Assembly: GCA_965218795.1 (NCBI GenBank)
Contig: OZ244653.1
Coordinates: forward strand, 3,456,001-3,520,000
Direction of reading: 5' to 3'
From: a bacterium
Lineage (GTDB): Bacteria; UBA8248; JACPRG01; G963555815
DNA length: 64,000 bases
In this document: positions 50,862-60,536 of the stretch, piece after piece
Numbering within the stretch: the first letter of the stretch is position 1
Layout of the letters: every line of letters begins with the position of its first letter
Program-made: the position numbers and the translations under genes
Notes under the pieces: model-generated
The model's input: the letters and a program-made list of their open reading frames with translations, nothing else
Databases searched by the model: none
Told to the model about the DNA's origin: nothing

Positions 50862-51782
50862 TCAAGCCTTCGGGCCGTGGGGATCGAAGGCGTCGCGGAG
50901 GCCGTCGCCGAGGAAGTTGAAGGCCAATACGGTCAGAAGGATGAAGCAGCCGGGGTAGATGGCCAGCCAGGGAGCCGAGCGGAGGTACTCTTGGGCGTTG
51001 TTCAGCATGTTCCCCCACGAAGGCGTGGGCGGGACAATCCCGAGTCCCAAGAAGCTCAGGACGGATTCATACAGGATGATGTTTCCCACCGAGAGCGTCG
51101 CGGTCACGATAATCGGCGCCACGCAGTTCGGCAGGATGTGCAGGATGAGGATTCGGGCTTCTCCCGCCCCCATCGCCCGACAGGCCTCGACGAACTCCGA
51201 CTGCTTTTGCCGAAGGACCGAGGCCCTCACCAGCCGCGCCATGATCATCCAGTTGAAAAACACGATGATGACGATGAGGCGCAGCACGGCCAGATAGTCC
51301 CCCGGCGGCAGCGGCAGGAGCTTATCCAGCTCAACGGCCGAGAGGATGATCATCAGCGGCAGGATGGGAAGGGAAAGCAGCGAGTCGGTAAAGCGCATCA
51401 GGAGGTTGTCGATCCATCCGCCGCGGTAGCCCGCCACCGCGCCGATGGCGATGCCGATGATGGCCGACGCCAGCGCGGCGATGATCCCGAACGCCAGGGA
51501 AACGCGCCCGCCGTACACGATGCGGGTGAAGACGTCCCGTCCCAGTTCGTCCGCGCCGAACCAGTGCGTGAGCGATGGCGATGCGTACAGCCTGGTCAGG
51601 TCCGTGCCGCCCGGGACGAACCCTGTGACGTAATGGGAGATTAGGGGGGCGCAAAGGGCCAGCAGCGTCAGGACGCCCAGCACGCTTGCGCTGATCAGCG
51701 CAAGCCGGTGGGCGGCGAAATCCCGCAAGACCGGCCGCCACGTCGATGCTCTGTCTGCAAGCCCTGAAATTTCTACAGCCAT
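50862..51782 (-). CDS. oppC: Peptide/nickel ABC permease (OppC/DppC family)
   Basis: HWFGADELGRDV, EFVEACRAMGA, HILPN, GDGLRDAFDP. Confidence 0.93.
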   Translation of the reverse strand: MAVEISGLADRASTWRPVLRDFAAHRLALISASVLGVLTLLALCAPLISHYVTGFVPGGTDLTRLYASPSLTHWFGADELGRDVFTRIVYGGRVSLAFGIIAALASAIIGIAIGAVAGYRGGWIDNLLMRFTDSLLSLPILPLMIILSAVELDKLLPLPPGDYLAVLRLIVIIVFFNWMIMARLVRASVLRQKQSEFVEACRAMGAGEARILILHILPNCVAPIIVTATLSVGNIILYESVLSFLGLGIVPPTPSWGNMLNNAQEYLRSAPWLAIYPGCFILLTVLAFNFLGDGLRDAFDPHGPKA

Positions 51783-51936
51783 TGTTTACTCAGCCCGTCA
51801 ATTGGAGAGGCCTCATCTCTCGCGGCCCTGAGGAACGCGGTGTATTACCGCAGAGAATGGTTTTTGTCCCGCGTTGGAAAATGTAAATCATGATGATTCC
51901 CGCCCGTCGCGGGCAGGCCGAGTTGTACTCGGCCGC

Positions 51937-52106
51937 AAAAAGTTTTTCGGGGGGTCCATAAGGGGGGGGGCACAGTGTCGGCTTTCTGCACCGCATGCCT
52001 CCTCATTCGGGCGCCGGATGGGCGTGCGTCGAAAATGGTTGAGAGTAATGGAAGCCTTCAACCGCGAATTGGCCGGCACGCCAGTGCCCTAAAAAGCCCC
52101 CTTTGG
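51937..52106 (+). repeat. Diverged repeat element, copy G
   Basis: AAAAAGTTTTTCGGGGGG..CACAGTGTCGG..GGCCGGCACGCCAGTGCCC..AAAA.CCCCC; inverse homolog of 49160-49340. Confidence 0.75.
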
Positions 52107-52132
52107 CCCAGCCATCCCTTGATTTCGTCATT

Positions 52133-53095
52133 CTACGCAAGCGATTCCCGCCGTAGCCTCGGGTCGACCAGGCCGTAGGCGAAGTCGGCAATCATGTTGA
52201 AGATGAGCGTCAACGCCGCCAGGCACATGAACGCGATCATCGCTACGTAATAGTCCGAGCCGATTACCGAGTCGTACATCAGCCGCCCCATCCCCGGCCA
52301 GGCGAAGATGGTCTCCGTGATGACCGCCCCGCTGAACAGCTCCGGCACCGACAGAGCCAGGATTGTAATCATCGGCATGGAGGCGTTCTTCAGGGCGTGC
52401 CGTCCGATGATGACCCGTTCGGTCAGCCCCTTGGCTCTCGCCGTGCGGATATAATCCGCCTTCAGTACGTCGAACATGCTGTTCCGCATATAGCGTACCC
52501 ACCGCCCGACGGTCTGAATGCTCAGGACGAAGGCGGGCAGCGTCAGGTGCCAGAGCCGGTCCGAGAAGGAGTTCTGCCCGTACGTTCGGATGCCTCCCGG
52601 CGGAAACCACCCCAGCATCTCCGCGAACAGGATGATCGCCAGAAGCCCGAGCCAAAAGGCGGGGATCGAGATACCCGTAAAGGCGCCCATGTTGACGATG
52701 TAATCGAACGCCGAGTACTGCCGCACGGCGGACCAGATTCCGAGAGGGATCGCCACGATGATACTGATGAGGAATGCCGCGCCCATGAGCCAGAAGGTGT
52801 TCCCGATGCGGCTCGCCAGGATTTCCTCGGTGGGCCGCTTATACGTCCGCGAAAAGCCGAGATCCCCCGAGAGGACCTGCCTCACCCATTTGATGTACCG
52901 GACGTAGATGGGCTGATCGAGGCCGTAGAGCTTTCGGAGGTGGGCGATGTCTTCGGCCGTGATGTTCGGTCTGGAGGTGATCAACAGATCGACCGGGTCC
53001 CCCGGCATGAGGCCGAGCATGTAGTACAGGACGACCGAGAGGATCGCCAGAACCCCGAGCATGTGCAGGAGTCGCTTGAAAAGCTTGTTGCCCAT
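52133..53095 (-). CDS. oppB: Peptide/nickel ABC permease (OppB/DppB family)
   Basis: PGDP, GDLGFS, DYIRTARAKGL, ETIFAWPGMG, DPRLR. Confidence 0.93.
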   Translation of the reverse strand: MGNKLFKRLLHMLGVLAILSVVLYYMLGLMPGDPVDLLITSRPNITAEDIAHLRKLYGLDQPIYVRYIKWVRQVLSGDLGFSRTYKRPTEEILASRIGNTFWLMGAAFLISIIVAIPLGIWSAVRQYSAFDYIVNMGAFTGISIPAFWLGLLAIILFAEMLGWFPPGGIRTYGQNSFSDRLWHLTLPAFVLSIQTVGRWVRYMRNSMFDVLKADYIRTARAKGLTERVIIGRHALKNASMPMITILALSVPELFSGAVITETIFAWPGMGRLMYDSVIGSDYYVAMIAFMCLAALTLIFNMIADFAYGLVDPRLRRESLA

Positions 53096-53491
53096 GAAGC
53101 CCCGATTCGATGAATGAAAAGAGCGGCTTGCAAAATGCAGCTATCGTAGCAGACTCTATGCCGTTTCATCCAAGCCGGGCCAGAGGGGATGGGGAGCGGC
53201 GGGATTCAACCATAGAGGGTTAATCGTCAAATCGATTGAGAGCGGCGGATTGCCGGGATCATCTCTTGATTGGGAGAGAAACAACTCACGTCAGAAGCAG
53301 GAACGAGATTGTCCTTTGGGCGGGCAGCGTTCCTCCAGCCGCGTCTCGAAATACAAGCAGCCGTTTTCGTGACAAAAGAGACATTTTGCGCAAACCGTTA
53401 AAGAGCCAGCAGGGGAAGCGAAAACTTATCGGAATCCTGATTTCTAAGGCGGCGCTGAATGAAGAGAAACGCTCTGGGCAGGCTTTGGAGA

Positions 53492-55192
53492 TCAACTTCC
53501 GCCGGCGAAACGCCACTTCTCCGCGTTCCAGGTGATGGGCGTGTTGGTCCCGGTGGGTTTCCAGTTGAGGAACCTTGGGGTGGTCACGGAGACCTCAACG
53601 TGGAAGTAGAGAGGAATGGCGGGGAGCTCTTCGGTCCAGATTTCCTGCTCCTTTTGAAACAGCTTGAACCGTTTCATCTTGTCGATGGTCGCGGGAATCA
53701 AATGATTGAGGCGGGAGATTTCCTCGTGGACGAAGCCCGAAGTGTTCTGCCCCTGCCAGTTGTTTTTTTCGGAGGGTATGTTCTTGATGGTCCAGACGTT
53801 CTCGCCGTCCGAGGAAGGGTTGAGAACCCATGAGTACATGGCCAGATGGGGAAATTTTCGGTAGCGGACCGTGTCCGAGAAGAACACCTTGGCGGGTTGG
53901 TTCCGGAGGGTCACCTCGATGCCGGCCTTCCGCCAGTCGGACCGGATGATCTGCTGGACCTTCTCGCGCAGCTTGTCGCCCGAGGTCGTCATCAGCACCA
54001 GGCGCAGCTCTTTGCCGTCGGAGTCTCTGCAGATGCCGTTCGGCCCGGGCTCCCATCCGGCTTCCTTCAATAATTTTCTGGCGCGCTCCAGGTCATAGGC
54101 GTATTTCTTCGCATCGGGGTTGTACCCGTAGTGTTTCGCCGGCAGCCAGGTATGGGCCATCTCCTGCTTGCCTTCAAAGAGGGCTTTCACGATCCCCTCT
54201 CGGTTCGTGGCGTAGAGCAAGGCCTGCCGAACCCGCTTGTCGTTCAGGAGGGGGGATTGGGTGTTGACGTCCATGTGTTCCCAGTACATGCCCGGCGTGA
54301 AGTAAATTTTGAATTTCTTGCCGCGGCGCTTTTGGATGTCGAGGCCCTGGTCCAGCGAGAACCCGATCGGCGAGATGGCGTGAATGGCGTTGGAGGCGAG
54401 ATTGGCCTCGAGCGTGCCCGTGTTGGGGATGATCTTGTAAATGACCCGCTCGAAGTGGGGCGGGTCTCCCGGGTAATGGGGATTTCTCTCCAGGACCAGA
54501 TGGTTGCCCGGCTCCCAGTCTTTGAGGCGATAGGGACCGTTGGCAATCGGTTTTGTGTTGAAGAAACTCCCCCTGTACTTCTTCGGGCCCTGTTTCAGGA
54601 TGGGTGCGAGGACGTGTTTCGGCAGGGGATAATGGACGTCTTCATTCGCGCGATAAAAGCGTTCCTTCCAGTACACGACCAGGGTGTAAGGGTCCGGCGC
54701 TTCCATCCGCTCGATCCGGCGGTCGATGTCTCTTGTGATCACCGGCATGCCCTTGGTCATAATGGCTTTGTGGGCGAAGATGAAATCCTCGGCGGTGACA
54801 GGGACGCCGTCTTCCCACTTGAAACCCTTTTTGAGTTTCCACGTCGTTTTCATTCTGCCCTCGGGCAGCAGCTCAATACCGCCGTTTTCGAAGGTGGGGA
54901 TTTCTTCGGCCATCACGGGGCGGAGCTTGAGCGAGTCGTCCCGCATCAGAAGCGAACGGAAGATGGCCCCTCGGATCTCGATGCCCGCCAGCATCTCGCC
55001 GAACATCGGATCCAGGCTGTCCGGCTCCTGGGCGATTCCGACGATGACTTCTTTTTCGGCTTCAGACCCCGGATTGCCCGGCTCATCGCCCCCGCACCCG
55101 GCTGTGAATCCGATAATCAGGACGGTTAAGCAGTGGAAAAGTTTGCGCAACGTTGCCCTCCCGGTGCCTGGGGAATTCGAGATGCGTACCAC
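53492..55192 (-). CDS. Peptide ABC substrate-binding lipoprotein (family 5)
   Basis: Lipobox TAGC, QEPDSLDP, NGPYRL, RVRQAL, ELPAIPLY. Confidence 0.93.
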   Translation of the reverse strand: MVRISNSPGTGRATLRKLFHCLTVLIIGFTAGCGGDEPGNPGSEAEKEVIVGIAQEPDSLDPMFGEMLAGIEIRGAIFRSLLMRDDSLKLRPVMAEEIPTFENGGIELLPEGRMKTTWKLKKGFKWEDGVPVTAEDFIFAHKAIMTKGMPVITRDIDRRIERMEAPDPYTLVVYWKERFYRANEDVHYPLPKHVLAPILKQGPKKYRGSFFNTKPIANGPYRLKDWEPGNHLVLERNPHYPGDPPHFERVIYKIIPNTGTLEANLASNAIHAISPIGFSLDQGLDIQKRRGKKFKIYFTPGMYWEHMDVNTQSPLLNDKRVRQALLYATNREGIVKALFEGKQEMAHTWLPAKHYGYNPDAKKYAYDLERARKLLKEAGWEPGPNGICRDSDGKELRLVLMTTSGDKLREKVQQIIRSDWRKAGIEVTLRNQPAKVFFSDTVRYRKFPHLAMYSWVLNPSSDGENVWTIKNIPSEKNNWQGQNTSGFVHEEISRLNHLIPATIDKMKRFKLFQKEQEIWTEELPAIPLYFHVEVSVTTPRFLNWKPTGTNTPITWNAEKWRFAGGS

Positions 55193-55244
55193 AGATATGG
55201 AGGCGTTCTCGATGTGCCCGCTTCAAAAATTCCGACGGAACCCG

Positions 55245-56913
55245 CTATTTTGAGAACCCCCAGGTTTCAACGTTCCAGGTGACCGGCGTATCCGTTCCCG
55301 TCGGCTTCCAGTTGAGAAATTTCGGGTGCGTGGCCGAAACGTCCACGCGAAAGTAGAGGGGAAGGCAGGGAAGCTCCTCCGTCCAAATTTCCTGCTCGCG
55401 ATGGAACAGCCGGATCCGCTCTTTCCTGTCGATGACCGTCGGGATCAGCTTATCGATCCGGTCCATCTTCTCGTTCGAGAATCCGGGGTTGTTCTGCCCT
55501 TGCCAGTTGTTTTCCTTTGAGGGGATGTTGCCTTTCGTCCAGTAGGATTCCCCATCGGTCGAAGGATTGAACAGCCAGGCGTACATGGCCAGATGGAGAA
55601 ATTTCCGGTAACGGACCGTTTCACCGAAGTACACCTTTGCCGGCTGGTTCCGGAGCGTCACCTCAACCCCTGCGTCTTTCCAGTTTGACCGGATGATCTG
55701 CTGGATCTTCTCGCGGACCTTGTCGCCCGAAGTCGTCATGAGGATGAGGCGCATCTCGAGCCCGTCCGGGTTCCGCCGGATTCCGTCCGGGGAAAGCTTC
55801 CAGCCCGCCTCGTCCAAAAGTTCCCGCGCCCGCCCGGGGTCGTAAGGATACTTTCTGACGTTGGGGTTGTAACCCTCATGCTGAGGCGGCAGCCAGGAAT
55901 GAGCGACCTGCTGTTTGCCCGCAAACAGGGCCTTCACGATCCCTTCGCGGTTCGTGGCGTACGTGAGCGCCTGCCGCACGCGTTTGTCCTTGAGCAGTGG
56001 GGAGTCGTGGTTGAAGTCGATATGTTCCCAGATCATGCCGGGGGTGAAGAATGTTTTGAACTGGTCCCCCCTCCGTTTTTGGAGATCGATGGCCTGGTCA
56101 AAGGAAAACCCGACGGGAGAAATCGCCTGGAGCTCTCCGGAGGCAAGGTTGACCTCCATGGCGCCGGTGTTGGGAATAATCTTGTAGATCAATCGATGAA
56201 ACTTCCCCGGCTTTCCGGGATAGTGCGGGTTTCGTTCCAGGGTGAGGTGATTTCCGGGCTCCCAGGCCGTGAGGCGGTACGGGCCGTTGCCGACGGGCCG
56301 GGTGTTGAAAAAAACTCTCCCGGTAAGCCTTGGGTCCCTGCTTCAAAACCGGTTCCAAAACGTGCTTGGGGAGCGGAAAGTGGACGTTGTCGTTGGCCCT
56401 GGCGAAGTGTTGTTTCCATGTGACCACGAGGGTATACGGGTTCGGGGCTTCCATCTTCCCGATCCGGCGATCCACATCGCGTGTAATGACGGGTATATCC
56501 TTTGACATGATGACCCGGTGGGCGAAGATGAAGTCTTCCGCCGTCACCGGCATGCCATCGTCCCACATGTAGCCTTTGCGGATTCTCCATGTGGTCCGCA
56601 TTCGCCCGTCGGGAAGGAGTTCTACGCCCCCGTTCTCGATCGTAGGGATCTCCTCGGCCAAAACAGGGCGGAGATTCAGCGTGTGGTCCCTCATGGCGAG
56701 TGTCCGGAAGATGGCCCCGCGAATTTCCGTGCCGACCATCATCTCGCCAAAGAGCGGATCCAGGCTGTCGGGTTCCTGGGCGATGCCGATGACGGCCTTT
56801 TTGTTCCTGGGAGGCGTCGGTTGAGCCGGGTCGTCGCTCCCGCAGCCGGACGTCAGCCCAAGAAAAAGGAGGCAGAGGGGAAAAATGAGTCTATGCATGA
56901 AGGATACTCGCAC
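55245..56913 (-). pseudogene. Second family-5 substrate-binding lipoprotein, split by +1 base in an A7 run (56308-56314)
   Basis: ORFs 56098..56913 and 55245..56192 join into a full paralog of 53492..55192 if A7 is A6 (SFFNTRPVGNGPY). Confidence 0.9.
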
Positions 56914-57037
56914 TGATGAAAGATCCGGGCATTCGTAGTATGTAGTATAGAGTACCGGGTGCGGTCGTTTCCCGGCGTCAGCCGGAAACTCCGGCCGCGG
57001 CTGCCCAACTTTGACCCGTTGCGGACAAGGTCTTCAT

Positions 57038-57757
57038 ATGGCGGACCCTGAAAAAACGGCCAAGAAGAGGCGGGCTCGCGTCATCCTGAAGCGTCTGGCC
57101 GCAGCCTATCCCGATGCACGATGCGGGCTTGAATTCAAAGACCCGTTTCAGTTGTTGATCGCCTCCATTCTCTCAGCCCAATGCACGGATGAGCGGGTCA
57201 ATATGACCACACCGGGTCTGTTCGACAAATACCCGACACCGGCTCACTTCGCCCGCGCCGACCGGCGGGCCATGGAACGGAAGGTTCATTCGTGCGGTTT
57301 CTATCGGAACAAGGCCAAAAATATCATTGCCACCTGCAAGATTCTTTGTGCCGATTACAGCGGAGAGGTGCCTTGCGACTTTGAAGATCTCCTGCGGCTT
57401 CCCGGAGTTGGGCGGAAAATAGCCAACATCATTCGGAATGATGCATTCGGTGTTCCATCCATTGCCGTTGACACCCATGTATTCCGGCTGTCGCATCGAT
57501 TCCACCTTGCCGATGCAAAGGATCCCGATCGCACGGAATTTCAGCTGTGCGAGGTCATTCCGAAGGATCTGGTGCTCGGATTCAACCACCTGCTGACCTT
57601 CCATGGCCGCCGGGTTTGCGAAGCGCGGCGGCCCCGTTGCGGAGAATGTCCCGTCCGGAAATTATGTCCCTGGGAGGACAAGGAGCGGTTCATCCAGCCG
57701 GCCTCTAGGGGAAGTTTCAAAATGAAAGACTTGGGGGATATGACCCCGTCGGGATGA
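57038..57757 (+). CDS. nth: Endonuclease III
   Basis: LSAQCTD, HhH LPGVGRKIAN, VDTHV, C-x6-C-x2-C-x5-C Fe-S motif. Confidence 0.95.
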   Translation: MADPEKTAKKRRARVILKRLAAAYPDARCGLEFKDPFQLLIASILSAQCTDERVNMTTPGLFDKYPTPAHFARADRRAMERKVHSCGFYRNKAKNIIATCKILCADYSGEVPCDFEDLLRLPGVGRKIANIIRNDAFGVPSIAVDTHVFRLSHRFHLADAKDPDRTEFQLCEVIPKDLVLGFNHLLTFHGRRVCEARRPRCGECPVRKLCPWEDKERFIQPASRGSFKMKDLGDMTPSG

Positions 57758-57938
57758 GCAACCGTCCAGGGTGTGGGCCCTCAGGACATTCCAGTCGCGA
57801 AGACCACCGAATCATCATGGTCCTTTTTTGACCCGGAACATCGCATTGACCGTTCTGGGAGGGTTCAGGAGAGACCCCTTCAATGGCACGTCGGGGGCAA
57901 TGGAACGGTCTGTTCAAGGTGGAGAGCGACGGCCCGGG

Positions 57939-58862
57939 TTATGGAGTCGCAGTGGGCGAAGGCTCGGGAGACCCTTCCCGCAGTTGCTCGGCGATGCCGG
58001 GAAAGGTGTCCATGACCCGTTCCATTCCAATTTGCGCCAAGGTGTCGTTCGACTGCCAGACGCCTCCGCCTTTGATGAACCGGGGTAACAGGAGGAGGTT
58101 TTCGTTCAGGAATTTCTGCGTTTCATCGAACCTGGCACTCCAAAGAACCCTTCCGTCGCGGACACTGATGAGGTAGATGTCAAAGGATATCGATGAAGGT
58201 TTCTCCGCGGCCAGGGGGTTTCCATCTCGATCGATGTAGCGTGTGATGACCCCGGTCACCACCGCGTCCAGGGCTTCGGGCTCTTCACCCGGCTTCACGT
58301 CGGGCGATCGGAGCTCTCCGGTGATCGGGCTGTCCCCGTCTTCCGGATCTCTCTCCGGCGCCTCGGTCTGGAAAAGGAGGCTCTCTTTGGTGGTGTAAGG
58401 GGCGACCTGCCTCAGGTAATTCGAGACCGCCCGGCCGAGCAGCCGGAGATTTTCCTCCCGATTGACGGTTCCCGACCTGCGGCTTGGGTCAACCCGGAAT
58501 TCGAGATCGATCTCTTCTGTCCTTTCCAGGCGGACAGGGGGCGTCACGGAATAGGTTTTTCGGGTGAGGATCTCTTGGTAAAAAAAGGCGGCCACCTTAT
58601 GCCCCGCTTCCGGGGCATAGGTATTGTTTCGGAAAGGCATGACGGCGATGTGGCGCAGGTTGTATTGCTTGATGTCGGGCCGCACGCTGGATGCAACGTT
58701 CGTCGGAGACATCCGTCCCAGGGCCATGTTGGAACACCCGACGAGCAGCAGGCCCATGACCACCATTCCAAGGGAATGGACAAGCCTCACAGCCCGCTCA
58801 TGCTTTTTCCGGCGTTCATTCATTTTGAATCGCTCTAACCCAATTTGAACTGGAAATTTCAT
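57939..58862 (-). CDS. Putative lipoprotein (CsgG/LpoB-like fold inferred)
   Basis: Lipobox LLVGC, IAVMPFRN, DAVVTGVI, GRVLWSA; start probably a later Met. Confidence 0.65.
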   Translation of the reverse strand: MKFPVQIGLERFKMNERRKKHERAVRLVHSLGMVVMGLLLVGCSNMALGRMSPTNVASSVRPDIKQYNLRHIAVMPFRNNTYAPEAGHKVAAFFYQEILTRKTYSVTPPVRLERTEEIDLEFRVDPSRRSGTVNREENLRLLGRAVSNYLRQVAPYTTKESLLFQTEAPERDPEDGDSPITGELRSPDVKPGEEPEALDAVVTGVITRYIDRDGNPLAAEKPSSISFDIYLISVRDGRVLWSARFDETQKFLNENLLLLPRFIKGGGVWQSNDTLAQIGMERVMDTFPGIAEQLREGSPEPSPTATP

Positions 58863-58892
58863 CCGAAGTTTACACGTTAATGCAAGGGAATT

Positions 58893-59068
58893 ATATACGA
58901 TCTTACCCGCGCGCGCCCTTGGCCTGGTCGTTGGGGCGTGGGTTCACGTGTTGGCGGTCTCGCTTTTATGAGATAGCCCCCAATCTTTTTCGGTGGCCCT
59001 TGCGTAATTGGCCGCGCGATGTTCTCCGGCGTATCGGGAGAATGGGCTCGGGCGGTAAGCTCGTATAT
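58893..59068. mobile_element. 176-bp MITE-like element with terminal inverted repeats
   Basis: ATATACGATCTTACC ... GGTAAGCTCGTATAT (14/15 complementary), TA at both ends, internal hairpins. Confidence 0.5.
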
Positions 59069-59281
59069 CATTATCTAATTTAACGATTTATGCTGAACCC
59101 GGCAAGGTTCATTTTCTTCCGGGCTGAAGATTTCCCGAACGGATACGGCCCACTGCCGGAATGATGCAGGGTGGGCAATGGATTCAATGAAACTGGGATA
59201 TAGCGGGTGAGGGAGGAAAGATATTTAAGATGGAAGAAGGCAAGATGAATGGAGCCGCAGGAGAGCGAAAGGTTGACGATT

Positions 59282-59547
59282 CTATTCGATGAATCCTTCA
59301 GCCTGACCGAACGCTGTTGTCGTCTCGTCGTCTCGCTCGATGGCCGCTCCCTTTTCATCCTCCCGGGTGCGCAACTGCATCTGCTTGACGTGCTCGTGAG
59401 ATTCCCTGATCAGGTCGAGTCGCTCCAGGTGGACTTCGCAGTATCCGTCGGTAACCGGCGGATTTTGGCAGTGAATCACGGAGCAGACGTTTTCCTCTTT
59501 CCCCGCCTGTTTCTCGTTTCTTTCCGCCTTTACGGGTCCGAGTTTTT
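59282..59547 (-). CDS. Start-less reading frame with C-x4-C-x9-C-x2-H motif; possible frameshifted C-terminus of CarD
   Basis: CSVIHCQNPPVTDGYCEVH in the -1 frame relative to carD. Confidence 0.45.
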
Positions 59548-60114
59548 CTATTCCTTGCGGGGAAGCTTGATCCCCAGCGCTTTGTTGACGAGCTTTTCTG
59601 CGTCCTCGAGACTGCACTTTTTCGCCTCTGAAATTTCCCGTGTCAACTGATCCAATGCGTATTGGTAGAGATGCTTGAGCTCTTTGCTGCTGAAGGTGCG
59701 GCCCTTGGAAAACTCGTGGAGATTGCGAACAACTTTCGCCAGACCTCTCACACCTTCTTCGCGAAGCATTCGCTTCTGTTCTTCGTACCGGTTTTTCCAA
59801 GTGCGCCAGTTGAGTTCAACTTTCTCTTCGCTCGCCTTTTTCCTCAAAATAGTCAGTATTTTAGGAACGTCTCCCTCCCGCATCGGCGCGCGCAGCCCAA
59901 ACTGCCGAGCTGCATCGCGCGGCACGAAGACGCTGGCATCGGGCTGCCCATCGAGCTGAATCTCATAAAAGCGTCTCGTCCCGCTGGGAAGCTCCTTATC
60001 CACCAAATCGACGATCTTCCCCTTGCCATGAAGGGGATAGACAATTCTCATCCCTTTGCGGAGCGGACGTTTTGCTTCTTTCGTTTTGGTTGCCATCGAA
60101 TCACCCTGCGGCAC
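59548..60114 (-). CDS. carD: CarD/CdnL-family RNA polymerase-binding regulator
   Basis: IVYPLHGKGKI, VFVP..FGLR, NWRTWKNRY, L..EIS. Confidence 0.88.
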   Translation of the reverse strand: MPQGDSMATKTKEAKRPLRKGMRIVYPLHGKGKIVDLVDKELPSGTRRFYEIQLDGQPDASVFVPRDAARQFGLRAPMREGDVPKILTILRKKASEEKVELNWRTWKNRYEEQKRMLREEGVRGLAKVVRNLHEFSKGRTFSSKELKHLYQYALDQLTREISEAKKCSLEDAEKLVNKALGIKLPRKE

Positions 60115-60536
60115 GTGGAATAATGTAGCAAACCGCTATGTTGGGCTCATGTTTTCCGCAACAGAGCCTAACCGTGAAAGCTCTCTCCAAATGGAGTTGA
60201 TCTATGAGGGTAATACAAAAATGACCCAAAGTCAAGACTCACGGACGGGCTGGGAGACTGATGACCGATTACTTTTGTCTTTATATCGAATTTCTTATCG
60301 CCTTCTGGAACGATCTGGATTTTAGTCTCAAAATACACGGAATTGTTACGAAATAAACGTAAGAACTCGAAATCGCCGCCAAAGACTCCTATCAATTCCA
60401 AATCAATCTGGAAATTTGGAATACATGACGAATGAGGAAGAATTTCGCTCGTTCCCATCAGAATTTGTGAATATAATGGGAGTTATCTTGAAGGCGGTCG
60501 AAATTCTTCGATCTTTTTGCCCTTGAGGGACACGAT

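Noticed and set aside
50491-51018. 175-aa ORF as a real gene
   Set aside because: It is a chimera of an oppC alternative frame, out-of-frame DarG sequence and an RtcA tail.
28300-52200. Possible CRISPR array among the many repeats
   Set aside because: No regularly spaced identical repeats with unique spacers, and no cas genes.
53290-53420. Cys-rich minus-strand frame (CAKCLFCHENGC) between the SBP and oppB
   Set aside because: No start codon after the upstream stop, and the spacing is not a true ferredoxin motif; probably chance.
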